A stretch of 63,139 nt of DNA, counting the filler, from Choristocarpus tenellus KU-1152 (lineage: Eukaryota > Protista > Phaeophyceae), in assembly GCA_964200185.2 (NCBI GenBank). It is 15 parts of 15 records of this genome, joined end to end, with 100 filler letters (N's around TTAATTAATTAA, not from the genome) between each part and the next. Parts side by side here need not be neighbours in the genome. Positions count along the whole stretch, not along the records: positions 52,248 to 55,597 come from CAXNAD020020631.1; positions 55,698 to 58,432 come from CAXNAD020025202.1; positions 58,533 to 63,139 come from CAXNAD020013814.1; 12 more parts are not named here. The stretch is one strand, 5' to 3'. Numbering within the stretch: position 1 is the first letter of the stretch; every line of letters starts with the position of its first letter. The notes beneath the pieces are model-generated. The model was not told where the DNA came from and searched no databases. It worked only from the letters and a program-made list of their open reading frames with translations. The position numbers and the translations under genes were made by a program. This document shows, in pieces, positions 52,148 through 63,139 of the stretch.

Positions 52148-52869
52148 NNNNNNNNNNNNNNNNNNNNNNNNNNNNNNNNNNNNNNNNNNNNTTAATTAAT
52201 TAANNNNNNNNNNNNNNNNNNNNNNNNNNNNNNNNNNNNNNNNNNNNCCCTTCCCATCCCTCTGTCCCCCCCTCCCCCTTCTGGTTTCTGTGATCGGCAT
52301 AGTTCTTGCAGTATCTCCATCATCGAGTCCATTCTCTCTGTTAGTCTTGTTATTTCATTGCTCTAGGCCTGGGATTGACTGGGCTCACTTTCACTCTTGT
52401 TCTCTGTCTCGTGTTCTTCTTCCACTCCTTTCCTCTCTCTTCCTCCCCCCTTTCGGAGAATCCTATCTCTCGTTGCGCCTTCTCGATCTGCGATTGCATC
52501 CTCTGCACCACACTTGTTCCCTTCTCTTCTTCCCACCCTTCCATCGTTTCCTTCCCATCCTTCCCCCGTTCTTTTCCATCGTTTTCCATCAGATCTTCCC
52601 ACCTTGTCTTGTTCCTCTCATCTCTGTTCTCACGCCTATCTGCCATACTTTGTTACCCGGACGAGAGCTTGCTCGGAGGTTGCCTTGGTCTCCCCTACTC
52701 GTCTTGTACCCCTGGTTCTCTTCCCTTTTATCACTGACTGGATGCTATTCCTCCCCTTATCTACCACCCATTTCCATTAACCTTCTCTTCCCTTCCTTAA
52801 CTATTCGTTCTCTTCCTGCTTCCTTCTTTTTCTTTCTCTGCCCACACTTGTCCTGTGCCCCTAGCCAAA

Positions 52870-52984
52870 CAGAATTCTTCCGCCCACAAAACTCAGATTA
52901 TTTAGTAAACTCTCACATTTTTTTCAACGACCAAAAAGTAGAAATTCACAAAGTAATCTGAGTTTTGGGGACAGAAGAATTCTG
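52870..52984. mobile_element. Short inverted-repeat element; its left part is also present at about 41295-41360
   Basis: cagaattcttccgcccacaaaactcagatta ... taatctgagttttggggacagaagaattctg. Confidence 0.7.
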
Positions 52985-54720
52985 GGAGGGATGGCGTATG
53001 GGGAATGGAGTGTTGATTAGGGTAAATCAGAAATAATGACAAGGCGGACGAAGAGTTAAATATAAACGGATTTTGTTTTTTCGTTGATGGATTGTTTTGT
53101 GTGTTGTCAAACAACATAATAAAACAACAATCAACCAGTAATTTGTGTGTGTTCCACAAAATGAAATTCATTTATTATTATGGTCTTTTCTTCAACAGCA
53201 ATAAAAAAATACACTACGAAAATCAATGTGAGCAGAATGAAATTAATCTGCGATCCAGAAAAAATAAAAAACACAAGAAATGCCATCCGAAGGTGATGGG
53301 CAAATTCAAATCATCTTCAACGATGTCAGTGGGTACCCCAGTGACGAAAGAGCAGTCTGCCGTAGCCCGTGCTAGCTTCCGTCTATTTCGACCCTTCCCT
53401 AGACATTCCTCAGTGGATTGAGCGATGGAGGTAGGTCTTTGCCCGAATGGTGTCGTCTTCTATCGCTCGCCCTGTCTGTGAACTATTATGTCTGTCAGAT
53501 GTTATGGCATTCTTCATCTTGTTGAGAACAAACAATCGACGGAAAATTTTTGGTGTTTGAGAATTCACTGTACGGTGCGAAGGAAAATAGGTCCATGTAG
53601 TGACCCGATACTCCGTTATGTCATTTTGTTTGTTCTGAATAACCTCACGCTACACTTACTAACTCCTAGAACAAGCACTGCCCTAAACCTGACTTGTGTG
53701 TGATAAATACCTCAAACCAACCAAGGAAACATTCTGTGTGAAGTTTCACAGTTTTATACAGGTGTAGAGTTTACACTGAGGAACCACCACCTCTCTCAAG
53801 GATCCAACGCCATAATCTCCTTTTCACTTTTTCTATCACATTTTTCAATTTCTAACCCTAGCCTGACCCACAAGTGAAAAATATTTTTAACCTCAGCTAG
53901 TGTAAATGTGAATGGAAACCTATTGTCCCCTATTCTTGGTTGTGGGTTGTGCTTTGCCGCAACAAATGTCTCAAGGGAGAGGGATTCTTAAGGAATTGGA
54001 TCAGTACCTTTGTGGGTGGATCATTGCCTTGAATTATTACCTTGCGTCCCTGAGAGCAAAAGTTTAAATATCCTGTGTTTGTCAGGAAAGGATTGTCCAC
54101 TTCCATTCTGGGCAATCTGTATACTTTCTAATCCTTTTGATTTAAACGCGAAGACTCGATTTCTCACCTTCAAGTACTGTTGTTAATAACCCTTATATCC
54201 GAAGTTCTGGAGTGATGAGGTCCAGTTTTCTTCCAGTTCCAAACTTTTGGACTATGTGGAGCAGAAACCGTGTGCCCGCCTACGAGAAACGCAGTCACCT
54301 CCCACTGAGCGAACTCTAAACAAAATCTCATTTATTTAAGGGACAAACCATTCAGAGGGCCGAGGGACCCCAACGATTTCCTGCTCGAGATAAAGGATTC
54401 AAACCTATAAATGACCATCCCGAGTATTCACATAAATTACTCTTTTGGTGGGTAGGGTGAAAGCAAGTTTGGAGATGAAAAAAGAGGTGCATGGGAATCT
54501 TCTTCTTCCATTCGAAACTCGACAAAAAAAGGCATAAAGCCCTTACCACTCCATGTGTGTATGGACCCATCAAAATATCCATTTGAGTGTGGTTAAAAAA
54601 TATGTGTGCACTTGGTAAGGAAGAACGCCAACGACTTAGCAGGTAAATTCTCCACGAGTTCACCTTGAAAAAGGATTCAAACCTTCGTCTCTACCTCTTT
54701 TAGTGGAATCTGATGTTGTA

Positions 54721-55197
54721 TCAGACCGGCAAACCACTTTGTTTGTGAGTAGTAGATGTAGTCACAGCGACCTCACCTTGAGGGTTCGAAGCAAGAGCAT
54801 TTTGAATGTTCTCGACAACAATGGCGGCAATTGGTTGAGCCAGTTGTGTTTGTGAAGAGTGTGATGATTCTTCAGCTGTTGTGGCAGAGGGTGATGGAAG
54901 AGATTGAGAAGACTCTGGCGTTGGTACACCTTGGTCACAGGGAGCTTTTAAAGACTTCAGCATCAGTACACTTTGGTCAGGAGAAACGTCCAGAATGTGT
55001 CATAATTTGTAAGCATTCAATCATCTCTGCACACTGAGGAATTTCGTTTGCTTTCCGCCAGACATCACTAGCTGGAGCAAAACCTCTAAATCTAAGCCGG
55101 TAGGAATAGTTATGTGGGGATTTACGACCCACTCCAGGTTTATGGTCTGCAATGCCCTCAGCAAAGTATGACACTAAAGTTGGTTGAACGCTCAAAC
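54721..55197 (-). pseudogene. Chromodomain-containing disrupted coding relic, probably TE-derived
   Basis: YFAEGIADHK...YSYRLRFRGFAPASDVWRKANEIPQCAEMIE/AYK fits the chromodomain pattern, followed by a frameshift, a stop and an S/T-rich tail. Confidence 0.7.
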
Positions 55198-55334
55198 CTT
55201 ATTCTACATCTGGTCCCCTCTTATATTGCTTGGCAACACATAAGGCACTACAGCAGGTTCAGTCTGCTTTTGGACACCAAGTGATTTCCTCCCGAAGCTA
55301 TCTGGACAACACGTCCATATCTGCAAGGGAGATC

Positions 55335-55420
55335 TGTTACAGGCGAATAGCGCGAGCGTTCTTCTTGTATTTCAACGAAGTGCAAGCATTTGTTACACGC
55401 GAATAGCGCGAGCATTTCAT
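55335..55420 (+). mobile_element. Two tandem LTR-family 5' termini (55335 and 55391) after a purine tract
   Basis: aagggagatc|tgttacaggcgaatagcgcgagc and tgttacacgcgaatagcgcgagc. Confidence 0.6.
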
Positions 55421-56055
55421 CCTCATGTTTCAGGATATACGAACATTTATGACAGACGTATAGTGTGAAGATTGTTTCTCGCGTTCTAACAAGTATGAAC
55501 TATATACGATATCAGTAACACATAGGTAGCCTTACTGGATAAATGATTATTTTGAGAAGATGCAGAGTAAGATTCGGAATACCTACGCAACATTACANNN
55601 NNNNNNNNNNNNNNNNNNNNNNNNNNNNNNNNNNNNNNNNNTTAATTAATTAANNNNNNNNNNNNNNNNNNNNNNNNNNNNNNNNNNNNNNNNNNNNTAT
55701 TTACTATTTTAGTAAGAAGAATTGTGTGTGCGTCTGTGTTGGGAGTTTTTTTTTTTTTTTTTTTTTAAAAGAATAGTAATTGATGTTGTTGACGAGAGAG
55801 GAAACGGAAGTGTATTTTATTTATAAATTTTAGAATTGATTTGTTTTTGTTCTGTTCTGTTTAAGAATGAAATAGTCGAGAGTTTAGAACAAGAAAAAAA
55901 AGTACGGAAGAGTCCAGAAGGTTTGAAAAAAAAGTGTTTAAAAACAAATCTCTCGGCGAGAGGAAAAGAAAAGAAAAGAAAAAACGGATGCGTTTTTTTT
56001 TTTGTTCTTTTGAAATATTTATTTGTAAAAAAAATAAAATGGTATACTTCCTCCG

Positions 56056-56067
56056 TATGTATGTATG

Positions 56068-56101
<34 letters not shown>

Positions 56102-56226
56102 TGACCACACACAACCTGCCATCTGCGGCTACTCTTTTACCCACAACTTACCCCCATCCCCAAACCTCTCCCAACCCCACCCCCTTACCTCCTCTTCAAC
56201 AAGGTGATTGGAAAGGTTGAAGGATG

Positions 56227-56259
<33 letters not shown>

Positions 56260-56288
56260 ACAGTAGTAGTAGTAACAGTAGTAGTAGT
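56056..56288. repeat. Microsatellites (TATG)n at 56056-56103 and (GTA)n at 56227-56288
   Basis: Directly visible. Confidence 0.9.
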
Positions 56289-56923
56289 ATGTTGTAAGTC
56301 TGTTTAAAAAGAAGTAGCATTCGTCTGATTATTTATTTGATTGGGATGAATTTAATGTATTTATAAAATACTCAGGTGTACGCATGTTAGTTGTTGAGAA
56401 CATGTTATCTAATGTATGTTGAATAATAGAGCGTGTACCTACTGCATATATATCTGTATATATATATATATATTTAATTTGCATGTGGGCCTATTGTATT
56501 GAAGTACCCACCTAGGAGTATGTCCTTAGGGTTAGGGCGATTATTACTAATGTGACGGAATGCGACACATAAATATTCAAAAGTGATTTTACTACTTTTT
56601 TTTCTAATAATGTGCATATATATATATATAAATATAAATATAAATATATTATTTAATTGACTGTGCAGGATACATCTACCGCCTATTTTTTGGTTGTAAA
56701 AGAATAATTCAAAGAAAGGGTTAGGGTTAGGGTAATAGAGCAAAAAAAACTCGCCTCAGTTCAGCCTCTTTCTTTGCAACTATTTTCTTTTTTTTAGTGG
56801 TAGTAATAATAATAATAGTAATAATAATAATAATAATATATCACCATGTCCACCCTTTTTTATATTTATTGTGTGTGTGTGTGTGTGTGTTTGTTTGTTT
56901 GTCTTGTCCTTTGACACATTAAG

Positions 56924-57028
56924 GTATTTGGTATGGACTCAACCCAGGAGGAGATTTATGCAGAGGTTGCCCCCCTGGTGGTCAGTGTACTGGATGGTTA
57001 CAATGCTTGCATGTTTGCCTACGGGCAG
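56924..57028 (+). CDS. Kinesin motor domain exon, kinesin-14-like
   Basis: aag|VFGMDSTQEEIYAEVAPLVVSVLDGYNACMFAYGQ|gtagg, the segment immediately before the P-loop. Confidence 0.92.
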
Positions 57029-58532
57029 GTAGGAGGTCTTCCTGTTGACTGCTACTACTTTTGTACAATAAATAACAAACATATTATAAATCATTTGAAG
57101 TGTAACATATAGTAATAATAATAATAATTATTATTATTATTAGATGTTGTGATGTAATGTGATTTGCAGTGATGATCGTAGTGTTATGTGATGTACAGCC
57201 TAAGAAAAAGAAAATGTCATGTATATATATGCTTGTAAATATGATCACTTCAAAAGAAAAACCTGATATGTTTACCTTCTGACTCACAGCCCAACTATGA
57301 TGCAGAAAAACAAATAATAACACAGGCAATGATATCCTTCAAGTTGCATGTTTTGAGTGGTGTATTCCACCTTGTTTCATATTCTTAGCACACTGTGGAG
57401 GGGCATGGACGGGGGGGAGGGGGNNNNNNNNNTTGTTTGTTTGGGGTGTTTTCTCCCCCTTTTTTTCTTTTTTTTCCACCATGGGGGGGGGGCGGGGGGG
57501 GGGGGGAGGGGGGGAGAGGGAGGTCATGTCATCCAGCTATCCTAATTTTTGTTAAATTCATGTATTCCTCTCACTCAAGTACTCCATCCTAATTCGTTTT
57601 TTGTTTGTTTTCTAAATTATTCTGATTGTAATACAATAGTGAGATTTTTTATTATGTTTTTGGAGTAGTTTGCTCAGAATTGTTTTTTGTTCTATCTCCG
57701 CAAAATGGTAGAATTAAAAAAATCTATCTTTAGAGAGCTGAGGAAAGAGAGGAAGGAGATATAAATGCCTTCAAGGGATGTTATAGTGATCATAAGGATG
57801 ACAATAATGAAAAAAATGACAATAATAATAATGATGATAACAGTAATAGTAAAAATAGCAGTAACAATGATAATGGGATCAAAGACTATGCATTTTGTGT
57901 CCCCTTCTTTCCTCTACTACGGAAGGGATATGCTCTGATTTTTAATTTAATTTTTATTATTATTACTGTCTGAGAGGTCTGGTCATTCTCGCTGATTTAT
58001 TTCAGAACAATTCCTATCTAATTTATTATTGTGGTGTCTGTACTATTGTTCTCTCTCTTTTTCTTTCTTTTTCTTTTTCTTTCTCTCTTTCTCTCTTTTT
58101 CTCTCTTTTTCTTTTTCTTTCTCCATTTTTCTTTCTCTTTCTCTCTCTCTCTCAAACTGCTACATATTTGAAATTTGTTTGTTCTTATCACCCCAAAAGC
58201 ATCTACACTTATAAAAATAAAAAGAGTTCTCATTAAAAATGAACATAAATAAATCTCAGAAAATATTATACATACCATTTTTCTCTTCTCATATATATAT
58301 ATATATATATATTTAAGTACACATAATATTTGTGCAAAAAAAATGAAGCGAATCGAGTCTCATCAAAAGAAACAAAAAACCTCAGTAACATACTTCCTAC
58401 AAAAAAAAAAGATAAAAAAATATCCCGCCCCCNNNNNNNNNNNNNNNNNNNNNNNNNNNNNNNNNNNNNNNNNNNNTTAATTAATTAANNNNNNNNNNNN
58501 NNNNNNNNNNNNNNNNNNNNNNNNNNNNNNNN

Positions 58533-58634
58533 AATGTAAATGCGCCTTTCCTGATTTTGGCCCAAATGGACACCCTGGTGTAGACCCTGGTGTAGACCGC
58601 CCCCCCCTCCCCCCCCTCCCAGACACCTTGGGTC
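58533..58634 (-). mobile_element. MITE family A left half
   Basis: cccaaatggacaccctggtgtagacc...ccagacaccttgggtc; reverse complement of about 13746-13830. Confidence 0.8.
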
Positions 58635-58812
58635 AATGGGGAGATAATGGGGCGTAGGGTAAGGGAATGGGGGGATAAGGTGATATAGGGTAAGGGAAGG
58701 GGGAGATAAGGGAGTATAGGATAAGGTAATAGGGAGATAATGGGGTATGGGGTAAGGGAATGGGGATATAAGGGGGTAGATACAGGGTAAGGTAATAGGG
58801 GGATAGGGGGGT
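58635..58812. repeat. G-rich degenerate tandem repeat
   Basis: Repeated ggggagataatgggg / gggtaagggaatggggg units. Confidence 0.75.
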
Positions 58813-61348
58813 ATCTATTTTTGGGAGGGTTTTGTGAGAGTGGATACTCTGATATAGGAAATGAGGTATGGTTTCGTGGTAGGTAACTGGACACCCTGAA
58901 TCTGTGATTGTGATATGCCTGCCATTGTTGGTGTGCTGACACCTATCTACTATTGTACCCAATATGCATTAATTAATGCTGCTGATAGAAATGCAACCAA
59001 GACTGTCTTCTTCGAAACACAACTGTTTAATATTTCAATACCAACAGTTCGATATATGCACTTCCGTGTGGGTGCCTTATCTGTCAGAGGAACATCTTGT
59101 CAAGCTCTCACTGTTCAGATTCAAAACAGAATTTTTGAACAAGCACTATGATACAAGGTAGTTGATAATAGCGATAGCCATATAGCTGTCAAAGTGTGTA
59201 TACTAGGTCACACTTGACTTGGTAAGATCCTTCCACAAGATGAATGCTCGTAGGTATGCAAGGTGTTGAACATCGAAATCCTTGCTGAGAATGGACCAGG
59301 TAGGATCGTTCAATGCTCGCAATCCGCCAAGCATAGCTCCATCAAATTGTCAGAGAAAATAGGTTTGACTTGTAGATTCCTTGGGGTCTCCCTTGAGACT
59401 CTGCCAACCAAAGTACTTCAAAGCATACGGAATTATCAATAGACATACATATTACACATGATCTTGGTAAGTGGAAGTGGAATCATCTTGCTTAACCCAA
59501 ATACACGTGGTTTTCGTCTCTGTTGTCAAATGGTGAGGACATTTGTTACAAAATGACACTTAAAAACGATATGAGCGTTGACTGGGGACTCTTATACCAT
59601 TAAACTGTTATTCAGGTACTCAGCTAAAGAAGGGCAACAACGGTATTGGATATCCAGTGCGTGCAAACCTTGCTGATGCACTAATATATTTCAGATTATA
59701 TCTTTCTTGGTCTGGTTTTTATTGCAGTCCTTGCCCCTCTCTCCTACACGAGGCCATTAAAATGGAAAAAACGGGAACGTTTCAGATTGTTTCAAGTAGA
59801 TAAAATAGATGATGAAGATTAAGGGTTTGGGGAAATGCTGCAAGGCAAATGCATCCTGTAGGATTGAGGTGACTATTAGGGCTCTCCTCCAGGTTAAGAC
59901 CTGCAGTGTATAGATAGACATTCCCTTGTCCCTTTTGATGTATTATCTACTCAGAGCAATAAATCATTTAGTACCCACCCCACCCCGACTCACAACGTCG
60001 CAAGAGGAACACCCAATTAATAGTGGCTCGGTTTTTCCTTCAACGTATCAATCTAAGATGCCCGAGATATCAGGTCTCTACGACCTCCAGAAGTTTGAGG
60101 TTCTATCCAAGCACGTTTGAATCAAAACCACCTTTGCTGTCATGTAACTACATTAAGCATACCCTATTATTGACTAGTAAAGGAGAGTAATGATATACTA
60201 CAATCTCCTTTAGATAACTCAATTAGTGAGAGTTGTTAAATCCCCTGTACACACACACAACAAGAACTCTGCAGTTATTGATGGTGAGGACCAAGTGTTC
60301 TTGGTCTGGGAGGTAGTAACGATGTACACATCAGTTGGTAATTTTCGATAGTTGGATATTTGAAGCAGCACCAGGGCATAACTGGAGTCAGGTAGCGTTC
60401 ATCTAATCAAGAGAAGTGTGGAGCAAAATAATAGTACCTACTCCGTCTATTTGAATTACTTCTCCATCAAACTATATTTTACTTTCCCCTGTAGCTGTAG
60501 TCCATAGTGTGGACTGTGATAAAATATATTGTTTATGTAGAATTTTGGACAGTGATGGCAATTTACTCGCATACGTCTCCTGTGGAATGGTTGTAGACAT
60601 TCACACTTTGTGTCTTACTTACATGAGACACCCCCTCGCCATACAGAGTACTTCAGCCCATCTATTACATCTCATTAGGTATACATTATCCGCCAGAGCT
60701 GCTACACAATTGCCTCTATTGATTTCCTTTTTCTCCGTCTCTACCATGTCAGGAATCTTCCATTTCGTAGCCCTACATAATTACTAGATGCATATATCAT
60801 GATAAGCTGTCTTCATATAATTACTTTGTGTCGACGATGTTTTTGCTGTCCCCAAACTGATTCTCCAGAGATTTACGTGTCACTTGAACTGGTCTTGGGG
60901 AATGAACACCGTAGAGCCTAATACTGCTCTTGGCGGTGGATCAATGTAGATAGAAACTTATGGTGAGATAGTACAATAATATCCAGAGGCAAGAGAAGGA
61001 CGCAACTTTCCGAAACGAAAACACGAACACGTGGAAAAGATTAGTAAATGGAATATGGATGGACAGATAGGCGACAGCATTTGTACATTTTTTTAATATA
61101 ACTAAATCTGTAACATAGATAGGCTGAACATTTATGTTTACTAAACAATATTAACCCGTTAATTTTATAGAAATTATTGGTGAATCGTTTATCTAAGGAT
61201 TATGTTGTCTGTCTATGAAAGGTATCCACCTGCTTCAGTGATTAACTTGTTGCCCTCCCCTCAACGCATTGCATACACCCCCCTGACCAGAACAAGTTTG
61301 ACTTTTGGGCGGTGGACTCCTTCACTGTGTTGTGTTACGCCAACCCAG

Positions 61349-63139
61349 ATGTGGCTATTGAGTCCCTCAGTAACAGTGGGGGGTTCACCCATGTCTACAG
61401 AAAGCATTTCTTCTCCCATGAGGCAGCCAAAAACCTACCGTGAGACACGCTCTCTCTCTCTCTCTCGTGCGTGGTCCGCACGGAGATCTTCCCAGATGAA
61501 GGGGTATGTCCAGTCCTGAGATTGATTTTGCTCAGCTGCTGTAAAAACGTGTGCACTGGGTTGACGCTGCGGCAACACGAAGTATCATTCACTCGTTGAC
61601 CCACAACTCATGAACTTGCCCACTCCCCATTCACTCCCCCATGACAGTTCTCGAAGTCTCTGAGAGGTCAAAGAAATAGACCGACCCCCAGGAGGATCAA
61701 CCCAAGAGGGCACAAGGGAAGGGGAAGAAAATTTCGCCAGGGACCGCCGATGCCACCTTGAAATCGGCACAAACCTACCAGGATTTTCCACTGGACACGC
61801 ACAAACTACGAATTGCGCATGCAAGGAGGATGCACCTTAAGCGCGTCCTCATCAAAGTGGCTGTCCTCGAGGTCGCTATCCAGGTCATGAATGACCTCAA
61901 GAGGAAGGATGAGGTCGGGATCGACCCCAATGCGGAAAACTCCTCCAACGGGACGCCTGACAACCCTACTCCAAATAATAACTACACCCTGTCCGAAGAG
62001 GTACGCAGGGGATGTGAGGTCCTCCTCTGGACTGTCGTTCGCATTGCCATTCCTTACATTTCACAAACTCGACAACCCCTCTGATCAACAACGTTCCCAA
62101 ACCCTGAAAATTTGTCAGGAGATAAAGGACCTCGTGTTGCAAGGTGTGGAAAAGGGTGATCTATTCTACGACATCGTGAAATACTCCAAGTGTATTACTC
62201 AAGGTGTGGAAAAGGGTGATCTAGGCAAGCTACCAAAGCATCGTACGACATACAACTATATCTACATCACAAACCTTTGCCCTCTTCAATCACAGTGTCT
62301 CGTCTCTCCTTCAGTTCCCAACCCTGGACACTCTTATGCACACAGATTTCTCTACATTGACGTGTGTCCCGTGTATTCTCAACCACACGAATGTTTACAT
62401 ATCTTCGTCCTTTTGATGTTTTGTGTCGGTCTCCACAAGACATCATCAACCACTTCTTTTGGCATTGTATCATGTACTATTGCGCAACCTTCTCCACTTT
62501 TCACCTATGGACACCGACATCGCGTGCTTAAGGCCAAGCATAGAAATTCGCCATCTAAGTCACACCTCACCATTTCAGACCAGTCATCCTACAGATCTAT
62601 TTGGGTCCCAATGTCGATGTCCAATGCTTTGTACCTTTTAGTTACGTCCACTACAACAGTGCACTTGAATACGACACTCCTAACAAAATTAGGACATGTA
62701 TCAGAAAGCTATGAGCACGCCATTTTGGGTCCGTGTCACACTGTACAATCAGCCTTTTTTTATGTGTATGAGGATCCCATCATACACGAAAAAAAAGAGG
62801 AATCCTTAGACAATCGTAACGAAGTGTCTACCACGTATCCTGGATTGTACTCTAACACCTAACCCCTTCCACTATTGCTTACCGCTAAACATCCTGTTGC
62901 AGTATCAAGCATCATGGTCACACCTTTCGGGAACGTCCAGGGCATTCATGAACTACACGAGCTCAGCGACAAAACACATGTGGACCACGAAACCGCGGTT
63001 GCTAAACTCCAAGTCCAGCGTGGAGGCATTGTTATTACATGCACCGTGCTGGGCAATAATCATGACCCGGATCGCCTCCAACTCCTGGTCAATAATCTCT
63101 CAGAGTTGTGCAATTTTGCACTCTCAAAGACACCGGTGA
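61349..63139 (+). pseudogene. Disrupted multi-exon gene of unknown type (about 61349-62000, 62119-62224, 62903-63135)
   Basis: Splice-like sites (ccag|atg, gag|gtacg, tcag|gag, gcag|tat), coding-like frames with several stops, and a 24-bp internal duplication (QGVEKGDL twice). Confidence 0.4.

Noticed and set aside
52290-52961. 223-aa and overlapping ORFs
   Set aside because: Pyrimidine-rich low-complexity and repeat sequence that is open in several frames, with no domain signal.
56718-56734. TTAGGG telomere-like repeats (also about 1688, 6540, 38606, 56526)
   Set aside because: Only about 2 units each and interstitial; not a telomere.
3923-58532. Recurrent TTAATTAATTAA motif, or an apparent gene cluster across the window
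   Set aside because: The motif is an assembly linker. Genes on different contigs cannot be treated as neighbours or as an operon-like system.
59180-59560. Possible Ulp1-like protease or TE relic on the minus strand (QFDG...LAYLRAFILW)
   Set aside because: It has stops, no visible catalytic His/Asp/Cys, and the similarity is too weak to call.
61891-62862. 323-aa ORF as a single gene
   Set aside because: It appears to run across intron-like sequence; only short parts look coding.

Overview
This is eukaryotic, intron-rich, repeat-rich DNA, most likely from a photosynthetic stramenopile such as a brown alga. That assignment is inferred from exon style, a bipartite plastid-targeting-like N-terminus, PEP carboxylase exons and the transposon families. 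The window is not one locus. It is 15 short contigs joined by an artificial N-run/TTAATTAATTAA/N-run spacer, so adjacency across spacers has no biological meaning. Recognisable host exons are PEP carboxylase (3 exons), a kinesin motor exon, a SAP-domain plastid-targeted-like protein and two unknown multi-exon genes. Mobile content dominates. It includes a 7-exon Sola-like (DUF7869-type) DDD transposase pseudogene, two MITE families sharing the terminal motif G-N4-AAAGTATCT, and four 3' fragments of a restriction-like-endonuclease non-LTR retrotransposon. It also includes an LTR family starting TGTTACAGG with tandem or self-nested copies, IS630/Tc1-like, copia RNase H, chromodomain and Tudor relics, further MITEs, a tRNA-derived SINE head and minisatellites. 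The leading candidates for novelty are the Sola-like transposase/MITE set, a ParB/Srx-like (NGQHR) coding exon, and the apparently self-targeting LTR family. All coordinates and alignments were read by eye; no searches were run.
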